Shown here: positions 46,265 through 55,536 of the stretch, one piece after another
Layout: every line of letters starts with the position of its first letter
Position numbering within the stretch: position 1 is the first letter of the stretch
Virus record (IMG/VR): IMGVR_UViG_3300037419_000871
DNA length: 64,000 nt
Direction: 5' to 3' (one strand)
Source: a virus
The notes under the pieces: generated by a model
Databases searched by the model: none
The model's input: the letters and a program-made list of their open reading frames with translations, nothing else
What the model was told of the DNA's origin: nothing
Translations under genes and position numbers: made by a program

Positions 46265-46450
46265 CTACTGCGTGCTACGCCGCGCAGTAGCAGGCTTTGT
46301 AGGTTGCTCTAGGAAATCGTAATCTTCCGCTATTTCTTCGACGGGATAATCCATATCGTTTCCTATGAACGCCACTCGATCGCGCCTCACATTCACAATC
46401 GACAGCCGGCCGTTGTGCTTGTCCATCACCCACCAATACCCGTCGTTCAT
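46265..46450 (-). CDS. hypothetical protein
   Basis: GAGG RBS; DGYWWV. Confidence 0.55.
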   Translation of the reverse strand: MNDGYWWVMDKHNGRLSIVNVRRDRVAFIGNDMDYPVEEIAEDYDFLEQPTKPATARRSTQ

Positions 46451-46459
46451 GTCGTCACC

Positions 46460-48166
46460 TCAGAACGGCACCTCAGAATCCCAACTCTCCCCCGCCGCCA
46501 TCAGCGGCTTCCAGTTGTCGTTGCTTGCGGTGGGCACGCTATCGCTCGCCAACTGCTCTCCAGCCTTCCAAGCATTCACGTTCTGGTATTTGCCGTTTAG
46601 CTTTAGTTGCACCTCTGCCGTCGTTCGCAGTTCGTCGGCGCGGTCTAGGAACTCCGCAACGGTTTTAGGGAAAGGAGCCTTACCGCCGTGGTCGCGCCAG
46701 TATCGATCTGACTTTGATTTGGGAAACGCCCGCTTTTTAGGATCTGGATGCTCTAAGTGTTGAGGGCAGACCCAATCATTGACGACGTTCAGACCGAGCC
46801 TGTAGCTGACCTTCACAGTTGGCGGGAAGCCGTGAACCTTCGGCGGATTCTCCCTGAACGTCCGGCCTGTTACCGCATGCCAAACGGGAGGCGCGGTGGA
46901 GAGGATTGGCGTTATGTCTGCACTTGCCTTGTGCTTAGGCTTGTCCGATTCCGGAAATTCAAAGCCACAATCGATACATACTCGCGCAGCCGCATGATTA
47001 ATGCATTGGCATTCGGGACAAACGCGGATAGGAGCCTCGCCTTGGCCCTTACCAGGCTGCCTGATCTGGACTGCATCAATAGGGCCCAGATCCGACACCA
47101 CACCAGCGAAGTCCAAAACGCGACAATTTTTCTTGCCGGGCGAAAGCCGCAACCCCCTGCCCACTTGCTGCACGTACAAGGCTGGGGACTTCGTCGGTCG
47201 CATCAACGCCAACAGATCGGTCGGCGGGTGATTAAATCCGATGGATAAAACGTTCACATTCGTAAGACAGCGAATCTCGCCACGCTTGTATGCATCAAGC
47301 GTGCGCCGTCGCTCGCCGGCGTCCATCGTCCCCTCGACCATGGCGCAGCTAACACCTTGGCGGATAAACGCATCCCTCACGTCAGCCGCATGCTGGACCC
47401 CAGCACAAAAGGCCAGCCAACTTTTGCGCCCCTCGGCCAATCCGAACTTGATGACCTCCGCGACGGCCGACTCTGTTACGTCAGACTTATTAACGGCCCG
47501 CTCCAATTCGCCAGAAATATATTCGCCACCTCGCGTGTGAACACCTGACACGTCGAATTTCGTATCCGTGGCCTTGCTTACAGGCGGAACAAGAAAGCCG
47601 TCGTCGATAAGGCGGCCAACGCCGACGTCAAATGCAACCGTCTTGAATAGCGAGTCCTCTGCGTCGACAAGCATTCCACTATCCATGCGATACGGCGTGC
47701 CGGACATGCCTAGAATTCGCAAATCAGGGTTGATCGCGCGAAGATCATCAATGAACCTGCGGTACATAGTTGTAGACTTCGGGCTAATTAGGTGGCATTC
47801 GTCGATGATAAGACAATCAACCCAGCCAATGATTACCGCCAGTTTGTAGACAGACTGAATCGAGCAAAACAGAACTTGCGACCGCGTGTCGCGCTGGCCA
47901 AGGGCTGCGCTGTTGATGCCAGCCGGGCAAAACGGCCAAGCGTCAACTAGCGCCTTATAATTCTGCGTCACTAACTCCCGCGTGTGAACGGCACACACAA
48001 ATCGAGCGTCAGGGAAGTCCGCGATCATGCGTTGGATAAACGCGGCCTGCATGATGGTTTTACCGGCGCCAACGCTAGCGACAAGCAGGGTCGACTCCAC
48101 GTCATCGAATTCCTTGATGACCGCAGAAACTGCTTCTTCCTGGTAGGGGCGCAATGTGAATGTCAT
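46460..48166 (-). CDS. SF2 DEAD/DEAH-like helicase with C-terminal Zn ribbon
   Basis: LRPYQ, GAGKT, DECH, SGTP, QQVGRGLR, CPEC...CIDC. Confidence 0.93.
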   Translation of the reverse strand: MTFTLRPYQEEAVSAVIKEFDDVESTLLVASVGAGKTIMQAAFIQRMIADFPDARFVCAVHTRELVTQNYKALVDAWPFCPAGINSAALGQRDTRSQVLFCSIQSVYKLAVIIGWVDCLIIDECHLISPKSTTMYRRFIDDLRAINPDLRILGMSGTPYRMDSGMLVDAEDSLFKTVAFDVGVGRLIDDGFLVPPVSKATDTKFDVSGVHTRGGEYISGELERAVNKSDVTESAVAEVIKFGLAEGRKSWLAFCAGVQHAADVRDAFIRQGVSCAMVEGTMDAGERRRTLDAYKRGEIRCLTNVNVLSIGFNHPPTDLLALMRPTKSPALYVQQVGRGLRLSPGKKNCRVLDFAGVVSDLGPIDAVQIRQPGKGQGEAPIRVCPECQCINHAAARVCIDCGFEFPESDKPKHKASADITPILSTAPPVWHAVTGRTFRENPPKVHGFPPTVKVSYRLGLNVVNDWVCPQHLEHPDPKKRAFPKSKSDRYWRDHGGKAPFPKTVAEFLDRADELRTTAEVQLKLNGKYQNVNAWKAGEQLASDSVPTASNDNWKPLMAAGESWDSEVPF

Positions 48167-48939
48167 GCCGCTAGCATTGCCTCTTCGACCATCTTTGCCG
48201 TGATATTGTCATTGGTTGGATGGAGATGCGCTCTACGCTCCATCCTGACGATTCTAGATACTTGCTTGGTATCCGTACCAATCTCTCGCGCGATATCGGA
48301 TAAAGACATCCCTGATGAATGCAGAACGTGGATGCGTCGCACATCATCATCAAACAGACTTACGCGACAATCTTGTGTTGGCTTCTTGCCTTGAACGTCG
48401 GCAATCATCCCGGCAGTGATTGGGTCATTGTCTGGATGCACGTGATTCCACCTGTCGCCAGAAGCTATGCGGCTAACCTGTTGCCTTCGAATGTTGAGCC
48501 CAGCAGCAATATCTTCTTGTGTCTTACCTTCAGAGCGAAGGACATGAATCGTGCGGGCTATTTCTGTCGTGACCTTGGACCACGGCGCAATGTCGCCAAG
48601 CTGTTTAGTTCCGTGCGCGATCTTATCAGCCTCGTTCTCGACTTGAGTTGCCCATCTGAGGCAGAACGGACTAACGCAACCCATACTCCCATTGCCGCAG
48701 TTATGAGCGGCTTGGTGTAGGTCGGACGGCGGATCACCATTAACTGATCTGCACACATACCTATGAGCCAGACCTGGATTAGCATCTATGGTGGCGCGAG
48801 CGTATCCCTTTGCGTCTCTATAAAACGGCCAGAAGACGCACCCCTTGATTTCATCCTTGCGGGCAATAATGTCATCAAGAAATGCGCGAGCTTCCCCGAG
48901 TTTTGCTCGACGTGGTTTGTTGTCATTCGCTGCTAGCAT
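48163..48939 (-). CDS. HNH-like homing endonuclease with two tandem HTH modules
   Basis: CVFWP..GYA, AHRYVC, AAHNCG..GCVSP..LRWATQVENEAD; duplicated QVSRI..RW.H.HP.ND. Confidence 0.8.
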   Translation of the reverse strand: MLAANDNKPRRAKLGEARAFLDDIIARKDEIKGCVFWPFYRDAKGYARATIDANPGLAHRYVCRSVNGDPPSDLHQAAHNCGNGSMGCVSPFCLRWATQVENEADKIAHGTKQLGDIAPWSKVTTEIARTIHVLRSEGKTQEDIAAGLNIRRQQVSRIASGDRWNHVHPDNDPITAGMIADVQGKKPTQDCRVSLFDDDVRRIHVLHSSGMSLSDIAREIGTDTKQVSRIVRMERRAHLHPTNDNITAKMVEEAMLAA

Positions 48940-48963
48940 TTACGCGCCTCCCGCTGATAATCC

Positions 48964-49470
48964 CTAAGCTGCAGCATTCTTTTTCTCGTTGTCATTCGCC
49001 GCACGCAGAAACGCGCGCGCATCACGGACTGTGCAATAAACAGAGGCCCGCGTTTTCCCGAACGCCCCACCAATCTCGGCGCCGGAATATCCAACTGCTT
49101 TCATGGTCAGCACTTCGGCCTCGTAGCGCGTGACGTTATTCAACGTCCGGGGAATGTCTGTGTAGTGTTCCTGATTGGCTGGTGACACTATCGGATGCGG
49201 CGAGAGCATCGTTTGTGTCCGGTCATTTCGCGCCAGCCGAGAGACAACCTTCAACACCTGAAACTCAAGCCACGGCGCAAACCCTCCCTCTGGCCCATCG
49301 TCGTACCAGTACCATTTGGAAAGCGCGTGCGCGAACGTCTCCTGGTAGATGTCTTCCGCATCAAGGGTGATCGCATATTTGCGTGATAGTTTACGGAGCA
49401 GCGGGTCGTACTGCAGGAGAAGTTTATCGAACCATGCGGGGCGCTGTTGGTTGTCGTTCGCGGGGATCAT
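48964..49470 (-). CDS. ECF-like sigma factor (sigma2 + sigma4 domains)
   Basis: DAEDIYQETF, FAPWL, GYSGAEIGGAFGKTRASV. Confidence 0.75.
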   Translation of the reverse strand: MIPANDNQQRPAWFDKLLLQYDPLLRKLSRKYAITLDAEDIYQETFAHALSKWYWYDDGPEGGFAPWLEFQVLKVVSRLARNDRTQTMLSPHPIVSPANQEHYTDIPRTLNNVTRYEAEVLTMKAVGYSGAEIGGAFGKTRASVYCTVRDARAFLRAANDNEKKNAAA

Positions 49471-49700
49471 GCGGCACCTGACGGAGCGGCAAGGCTGGTC
49501 CAATGGGTGGGCTTAAGCGGTGTACTCGCGTAGCCACAAGAAAAGTCGTCGTAACTATCGTCAAGCCACAATGGACCTCCGCTGCCGTCAAAATCATTTG
49601 CGTCGCAGCGGAAACTGCCGATGTGGAAACGTCCTCCGCTATACAATAGCAACTCCGTGCCGTCCTTCGGCGCGCTATCCATGGTTTGCCAATCAATCAC
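49467..49700 (-). CDS. DUF551-like phage protein
   Basis: WQTMDSAPKDGT...PTHWTSL. Confidence 0.8.
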   Translation of the reverse strand: MIDWQTMDSAPKDGTELLLYSGGRFHIGSFRCDANDFDGSGGPLWLDDSYDDFSCGYASTPLKPTHWTSLAAPSGAA

Positions 49701-50686
49701 GCCGCCTCTCCCATCTTGTCCGCACCATCAACCCACGTCTTGCCGTTCCACAGCACGTAGGTAACTGTCTCGGCTTCGTCGTCCGCGTCTATTTGTTCGC
49801 CTGGCACCATTCCGGGCACGTAGAGGTGGGCCGGACACGCAGCCTTCTGCTCGTCCAGCGAAAGCGGCTTTGCCCAACGGCTGCACGACCAATGTGCGTC
49901 GCCCGTCATCTCCGGCGTGGCGTGGAGGCAGGATCGACAAGTGACTCGCGGCCATGATTTTCCGTGGCAGATGTCATGGTGTTTACAGAACATGCAGCCG
50001 AAGAACCCCGGATCATCCGAGATGCGCGACGGCGGCGAGCTACTGTTAACGATGCGCTCCGCCCGCGCGATCTGGCGGATGCAGTAGTCGGCGTCGTATT
50101 CGATGCGTTCCGCATAGAGTGTGTCCGTGTCTTTACAGGCTGAGAGGTACAACGCGCGGGTCAGACTGAAACCGTGCATACCGATCTGGCATTGGCCAAA
50201 GTGAAGCGGTTTGCTGACTCGAATGCCCTTGCCCCCCTTGCGCGGGTCATGCTTCTGCAATTCCTTCATGCCTTCGGCGTTGGTGGACTTCAGTTCCAGC
50301 AGGTGCTCAGTCTTGGGTGCTTCAGGGACGTTGTCGCAGGCGCCATCCCGCTTGCCGCGGACGAACCCAGACGCGAGCCTGATGCGGTCCTGTTGCCCCC
50401 ATACCTCGACGCCGATGCGCTGCAGATCCTCGACGAGCCTTTCTTCTTCACGGTTTCCGGTGTCGAACAGGCGGATTTTGCGTCCATCTAAGTGCTCTGG
50501 CTGGCTTGCCCAGCGCAGGCCATACCAGAGCGCGCGATCGCATTCCGTGCCGATCTCACCGACGCTGATGCCCAACGAGTCATAGTGCTTGTTGGCGGTT
50601 TCGTAAGCGCGATAGATGGCGGCGACGGTTGGGGATACGGGGCGAGGGATGGGTGCCACAATTAATCTTCCACTACGTTCGCGCAA
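49697..50686 (-). CDS. PD-(D/E)xK (Cas4/YqaJ-like) exonuclease
   Basis: GTECDRALWY, DG..., LLELKS, H..QCQ, CMFCKHHDIC. Confidence 0.85.
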   Translation of the reverse strand: MRERSGRLIVAPIPRPVSPTVAAIYRAYETANKHYDSLGISVGEIGTECDRALWYGLRWASQPEHLDGRKIRLFDTGNREEERLVEDLQRIGVEVWGQQDRIRLASGFVRGKRDGACDNVPEAPKTEHLLELKSTNAEGMKELQKHDPRKGGKGIRVSKPLHFGQCQIGMHGFSLTRALYLSACKDTDTLYAERIEYDADYCIRQIARAERIVNSSSPPSRISDDPGFFGCMFCKHHDICHGKSWPRVTCRSCLHATPEMTGDAHWSCSRWAKPLSLDEQKAACPAHLYVPGMVPGEQIDADDEAETVTYVLWNGKTWVDGADKMGEAA

Positions 50687-50928
50687 AATTGCGGGACTTG
50701 CTCCATGTCGACTTCATACTTTCCGAGTAATTCCTCGCCGTCGTAGAGCGTGAAGTCGATGGGCCATTTCATCTCCCACCCATCGTGATTGTAGAAGAAG
50801 TCTTTAGCCGCCTCCTCTGCCACCCATGCTTTGCCGGTCTCCCAATCGACGGTTCCGTTAGACTCAAATTCGTAACACTCGCAACCGTCATCAACTTCGT
50901 AGCTGTACGTATGATAGTAGCCCATCAC
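50662..50928 (-). CDS. acidic hypothetical protein
   Basis: 88 aa, HDGWEMKWP. Confidence 0.65.
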   Translation of the reverse strand: MMGYYHTYSYEVDDGCECYEFESNGTVDWETGKAWVAEEAAKDFFYNHDGWEMKWPIDFTLYDGEELLGKYEVDMEQVPQFCANVVED

Positions 50929-51134
50929 CTCACCCCTCCCCGCACACCGTCATAAGCCGCCTTGCAGGCACGCGCGCGGGCAAGGATGGTGGGGTGCGCG
51001 CTGCGGTACAGGATTGGCGCGGTGAACCCGAGTGCGCCGGCAAGTTCTTCGTACATGGTTTCGCTCGTATCCAGGTTGGCGAGCACTTCGCCGATGATGT
51101 CGCACGCGGCGTTATAGGTTTTGTCGTCCATCAT
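50925..51134 (-). CDS. hypothetical protein
   Basis: Coupled ORF. Confidence 0.55.
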   Translation of the reverse strand: MMDDKTYNAACDIIGEVLANLDTSETMYEELAGALGFTAPILYRSAHPTILARARACKAAYDGVRGGVR

Positions 51135-52192
51135 GCGGCCTCCTTGACGCGCATCGGCATCACGAGTCCCAACCAATCTCCATTGCCTTGGAAGATCGCA
51201 GGCGTATTACCGTCTGCAAACGACGCGCGCACTTCATCGCCCGATGCCGCGCCCAAGACATCCGCGATGTAGGCCGTGTTGAACCCGATCTCGATAGGCT
51301 CGCCCGCGTATTCAGCCTCGACGTCTTCATGCGCGGAGCCGTCATCGCCGTTGGCGTCTACAGCGATGTTGTCGCCCGCAACCGTGAACTTCGCCGCACG
51401 CCCTCGGTTGCTTTCAATCGTGGATACGCGGGCTACGGCAGAGGCAAGCTCCTTCCGGTCGACCGTCACAACGTTGGTGTTGTTTCGCGGAATGACTCGG
51501 GAGTAATCCGGGAACGTCCCATCGATCAGCTTGGACACGATGATGGTATCCGCCGTGGCAAAGCGGACCTTGGTCTGCGACAGCGCGACGTCCACCACGC
51601 CGGCCGGCACGACGCCGACAGTCTTGGCCGGGATAATCACCGCCGGGATCTGCGGCATGCCGGACGCGGTGTTGTGCGCCAACCGGTGACCGTCCGTTGC
51701 TACGGCACGAATACCGCCCTCAGCCGTGCTGTGTAGGTGGACGCCGCACAGATAGAATCGCGTTTGTTCTGACGAGATGGCGAACTTGACCGGCGCGACA
51801 AGGTCGGCAAAGTCCAATTGGAAAGGCTCGCCAAGTTCGCCCGCGTCAAGGTGCGGAAAATCCGCAACCGGCAAGGTCGGCAGCGTGAACCGGCTGCGGC
51901 CGGATTTCACAACCAGCTTGTCGTCTTTGTGGTCCAGAGTGACGACATCGCCAGACAGGCGACGCGCGATATCGCTCAGGCGTTTGGCGTCGACGGTGGT
52001 GCTGATTTCGCCGTCGCAGTGAGTCATGGCGCTGTACTGGATATCCAGATCGGTGCCAGTTACCGTCAGTTTGCCGCCGTCCGTGGACAGCAGCACGTTG
52101 GCAAGGATAGGAATGGTGTTGCGATGCTCCACCACCTTGGAAACAGCCGCCAGCGTTCGCGCCAAATCGGCGCGTTGAATTGTGAGGGTCAT
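51131..52192 (-). CDS. dnaN: DNA polymerase III beta sliding clamp homolog
   Basis: RNTIPILANVL, TGTDLD, TRFYLCGV, VATDGHRLA, IDGTFPDY, IGFN..Y, VMPMR. Confidence 0.95.
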   Translation of the reverse strand: MTLTIQRADLARTLAAVSKVVEHRNTIPILANVLLSTDGGKLTVTGTDLDIQYSAMTHCDGEISTTVDAKRLSDIARRLSGDVVTLDHKDDKLVVKSGRSRFTLPTLPVADFPHLDAGELGEPFQLDFADLVAPVKFAISSEQTRFYLCGVHLHSTAEGGIRAVATDGHRLAHNTASGMPQIPAVIIPAKTVGVVPAGVVDVALSQTKVRFATADTIIVSKLIDGTFPDYSRVIPRNNTNVVTVDRKELASAVARVSTIESNRGRAAKFTVAGDNIAVDANGDDGSAHEDVEAEYAGEPIEIGFNTAYIADVLGAASGDEVRASFADGNTPAIFQGNGDWLGLVMPMRVKEAA

Positions 52193-52256
52193 TTTTCACC
52201 TGTATATAAAGAGAAACCGGGGGTTGCCGCTCCACTAGCGAGGAGCGGCATGGTTG

Positions 52257-52460
52257 TTAAGCGTTGTTAGAAACGTATTTGACGGCGTCATACAGTTTCA
52301 GCGCCAACACAATGCGCTGCGCGTCCCGCAACCGCATAACCGGCTCCTGCACGAACTTTCCGGACTCCACCTCGCGCGTGATAATCCTCATCAACGATGA
52401 CCCGAAGTCGCTCAGCGTTACTGCGTCGTCACCAACACTCTTAATCTCCCACGCCATCAC
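52257..52460 (-). CDS. hypothetical protein
   Basis: GAGAGGG RBS. Confidence 0.55.
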   Translation of the reverse strand: MMAWEIKSVGDDAVTLSDFGSSLMRIITREVESGKFVQEPVMRLRDAQRIVLALKLYDAVKYVSNNA

Positions 52461-52521
52461 AACACCCTCTCAGTTGTAGCCGACACACCTTCAGGCAGGC
52501 GGTCGTGTTCGTGGTTATTGC

Positions 52522-52701
52522 TCAATGCACCGTCTCCCCATCTCGTTCATAAATTTCAGCGTCAACGCGCTCATCGTCTAGCCACTGATCTACGTCCAGT
52601 CCGAACAGCCACGCAGTTACGCGGCGATCCCATTCTTCGCGCTCCGCTGCGGTCGCCGCCGCGATTTCGCTGGGCTGTGCATCGATAGGTAGGCGTGGCA
52701 T
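52522..52701 (-). CDS. hypothetical protein
   Basis: MPRLPIDAQ start within track ORF. Confidence 0.45.
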   Translation of the reverse strand: MPRLPIDAQPSEIAAATAAEREEWDRRVTAWLFGLDVDQWLDDERVDAEIYERDGETVH

Positions 52702-53052
52702 CAATGCACCGTCTTTCGTGTGTAAACGTTCGTCCCGTCCCACGTATCGATGCGGGAGATTGTCGGAAACGACTCGCCGACCAATCGCACCTGCTCCATG
52801 CTGTACAGCGCGAGCGCAACCATGAAGCCGCCTTCGGTGTCGTCTACAAATACGTGATAGATGTTCATGGCCGCGACGACACATCACGAATGAACAACGG
52901 CACCACGCCGAACAAGAACCAGCCTTCACGACGCCATGACTTTGCGTAGTAGTCGCGGCCCTTCGTAGCCGTCCACATTTTGTGTACAATCATCGGACTC
53001 TCCCGTTGGTAACTACTGGTGCGCAGCGCGCACCAGTAGTGTTGCTGTTGCG

Positions 53053-53652
53053 TTACGCCGCGCGCTTCCCCCAGGGGCGGCTCTTGCCAGCCACTGCACC
53101 CGTAGCCGCCGCACCGCCGTTGCCAGTCGTGCGCGCGTCACCACTTGCAGGCCGGTTGTCGTTGGCGGGCTTGCGATTGTCGTTGGCCGCCGCGGGGGCT
53201 GTGACGCCGATCTCGGGCATGTTGGGATCGTCGGCGTGATAGAACTTCTTCACCTCGTTGCGAGGCGCGTAAGTCGTGTTGCCTACCTTGCGTTCTTTCG
53301 ACAGGCCGACCTTTGCCGCAAATCCGTGGAAGTGAAGCATCTCGCTGTCATCCACATCGCCCTCGATACCAGTTGCGGCGATCAGATGTTCAAGCTGGCC
53401 TTGTCCAATTTCTTGAGTCTTCGGATTGGTGTGCTCCAGCATGATATTTCCGAAGATGAGACGGCCCTTGTATTCCTCCGGCTCGATCACGCTGTAGCGC
53501 AAGGCGAGCATCTTGCCCTGACCCTTTTCGGTGTCGGTGTCCTTGATTTCCGACTGGATAATCTCCAACGCATAGATGCCTTCGGGGAGATTTTCGAAAT
53601 CGTTCTGGTCGTCTACTTCTGCTGCTTTAACGCTTCGTCCAAGAATTGCCAT
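53053..53652 (-). CDS. DUF669 single-stranded DNA-binding-like protein
   Basis: LPEGIY, EYKGRLIF, IGQGQL, RNEVKKF. Confidence 0.85.
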   Translation of the reverse strand: MAILGRSVKAAEVDDQNDFENLPEGIYALEIIQSEIKDTDTEKGQGKMLALRYSVIEPEEYKGRLIFGNIMLEHTNPKTQEIGQGQLEHLIAATGIEGDVDDSEMLHFHGFAAKVGLSKERKVGNTTYAPRNEVKKFYHADDPNMPEIGVTAPAAANDNRKPANDNRPASGDARTTGNGGAAATGAVAGKSRPWGKRAA

Positions 53653-54084
53653 GTAATTCCCGTTGGCTTGCGGGTTGCTCCTTCGGAGCGATGCACTCGG
53701 CAAAGGGCCGATCGTGCTACTGCACTAGCGTGCAGTTAGTCGTTCGTGTCTTGCTCCACAGCGTCCAGTTTCACGATGAAGTACGCGAATGTCGGATGCC
53801 ATGTGACATCGATAACGCGCTGCTTGTCTTTCATCTGAGCGTCTACCCACGCCTGCAGAACGTCGTTCATGCTGGCCTTGTTCAGGTGCAGTTCGTTGGT
53901 ACCGAGCATCACGCCGCCTCCATTCCACGTTGCTTTCCTTCGTCATACCCATCGGCAACCATTGGCCAATCAAAAGCCCGGCCGTTGCTCACCAGCAGCA
54001 TCATGCCCTTACGCGCATGAGCCGGAGGCGGGTTGGGAAGCAGCGCGCGCACGAGCGTTACGCTGTTGCAGCGGAGGGCGGGGA

Positions 54085-54858
54085 TCATTGGGCGGGATCC
54101 TGCGCGCTGGGCAGGTACTCTGCGAACTTGGCGAAGCCTGACCCCTTCTTATAGATAAAGCTGTCCGGCATGCTGAAGCGGTTCTTCGCGACGAAGCCGG
54201 CCTTTTCGTTCAGATGCACCAGGCGCTCGTTGCCACCCTCGGCATGCGTCACCTTCTTATTGAACCCGGCATCCGCAGTCTTGAGCGAGATGCGATAGTT
54301 CATGAAGGCGACGATGTCCGACTGCTCACGCACCAACGCGTTTGCGCGCTTATGCAGTTTCGGACTATAGCGGCTATATGGATCTGAGGTCGGCGAGTCG
54401 AAGCGCACGATCTCCGGGTGCGCGAGTTGGACGACAAATAGGCCGGCGCGGGCCAGCGCGGACGTGGCCTGCAGATATTCCTTCCACTCGGTATCTGCTT
54501 CGATATATCCCTTGCCGTACCCGGCTTCCTCGATTGAATTGATGCCAAGGCGACGGCACGTTGCGCCCCACACCAGACCCTCAAGGCCGTCGAGGCTGTC
54601 GATAATAACCGAGCCGAATTCGTGGTCGCCGTCCAGCAACTCACCGAACACGTCCAATAACGACTCGTAGGATTCAATCGTGCCGGGTGTCTGCAGTTCG
54701 ACGTCGCTCGGCGGCGTCTCGCCTTCAGTCGGCAGATAGACGGCGCTCGGGAATTCCGCGGCAAGGCTGGTTTTGCCAACACCGTCCACGCCGTACAACA
54801 AAATCTTGGGCGGGTGATTGGTCTTGGTAGACTTCAAGCTAGATAGAGAAATCGCCAT
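54085..54858 (-). CDS. AAA_24 ATPase (Sak4-like recombinase)
   Basis: LLYGVDGVGKT, VIIDSLD, YGKGY, AKNRF. Confidence 0.9.
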   Translation of the reverse strand: MAISLSSLKSTKTNHPPKILLYGVDGVGKTSLAAEFPSAVYLPTEGETPPSDVELQTPGTIESYESLLDVFGELLDGDHEFGSVIIDSLDGLEGLVWGATCRRLGINSIEEAGYGKGYIEADTEWKEYLQATSALARAGLFVVQLAHPEIVRFDSPTSDPYSRYSPKLHKRANALVREQSDIVAFMNYRISLKTADAGFNKKVTHAEGGNERLVHLNEKAGFVAKNRFSMPDSFIYKKGSGFAKFAEYLPSAQDPAQ

Positions 54859-55004
54859 TAGGTTTGTTTCCTAATGAAAGATAGCGCGCGGCAAAGGCCG
54901 CTCACGCAGAGCCGGGTAACGCTACCGCCAGTGCAGCGGCGTGGTTGCGATTGCTACTAGCGCGACCACTAGTAGCAAGACGTGCAGCGGGTCGAGGTGC
55001 GGCA

Positions 55005-55244
55005 CTAGAAAAGGCCCGACCAAACCCCAACCCCATGAATCACGCCAACCGGCGCGACGATGCACCCGAACAGCAAGAGAATCCACGCGCTGGCCTTGAT
55101 GCAGACGATAACGTGCGTGATCCAGGCTGCTGCACTACCGAGCAGCAGCGAGATAAAGGCCAGCCCGAGAGCAAGATAACCACCAGCCTCCGGCAGTTGC
55201 GATGGCGCGCGCGATGCTTGCCGTGTGTTGAACATCGTCTGCAT
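55005..55244 (-). CDS. small membrane protein
   Basis: Hydrophobic; PVGVIHG. Confidence 0.65.
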   Translation of the reverse strand: MQTMFNTRQASRAPSQLPEAGGYLALGLAFISLLLGSAAAWITHVIVCIKASAWILLLFGCIVAPVGVIHGVGVWSGLF

Positions 55245-55245
55245 G

Positions 55246-55536
55246 TCACGCCGCCTCACGATACGATTCCACATAGCCAGCCTCCATCTCATCCGCCACA
55301 GCCCGCAAAGCCGCCGCCTGCGCCTTGTGCCGTGAGCGAGCCTTGCGGCGGCGCTCGTCGTATGACTTGCGTTCGTTCCAGTCGGCTACGGCACGCAATG
55401 CTGCCGGGTTGGCGTTGGTTGCGAGCGCCTGTTGCAGGGTGATGGTTGCCGCACTAGCGAGCGGCAAGTCGTTGTAAGCCCGAGTGAAGGCCGGGTTGCG
55501 GTGAAGGCGGGTCTTGAGTTCGACGACGTTGGTCAT
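55246..55536 (-). CDS. hypothetical protein
   Basis: 96 aa, coupled. Confidence 0.6.
   Translation of the reverse strand: MTNVVELKTRLHRNPAFTRAYNDLPLASAATITLQQALATNANPAALRAVADWNERKSYDERRRKARSRHKAQAAALRAVADEMEAGYVESYREAA

Noticed and set aside
49697-50686. Cas4-like nuclease as evidence of a CRISPR system
   Set aside because: No repeat-spacer array or other cas genes seen; context (Sak4, DUF669, helicase) is a standard phage recombination module
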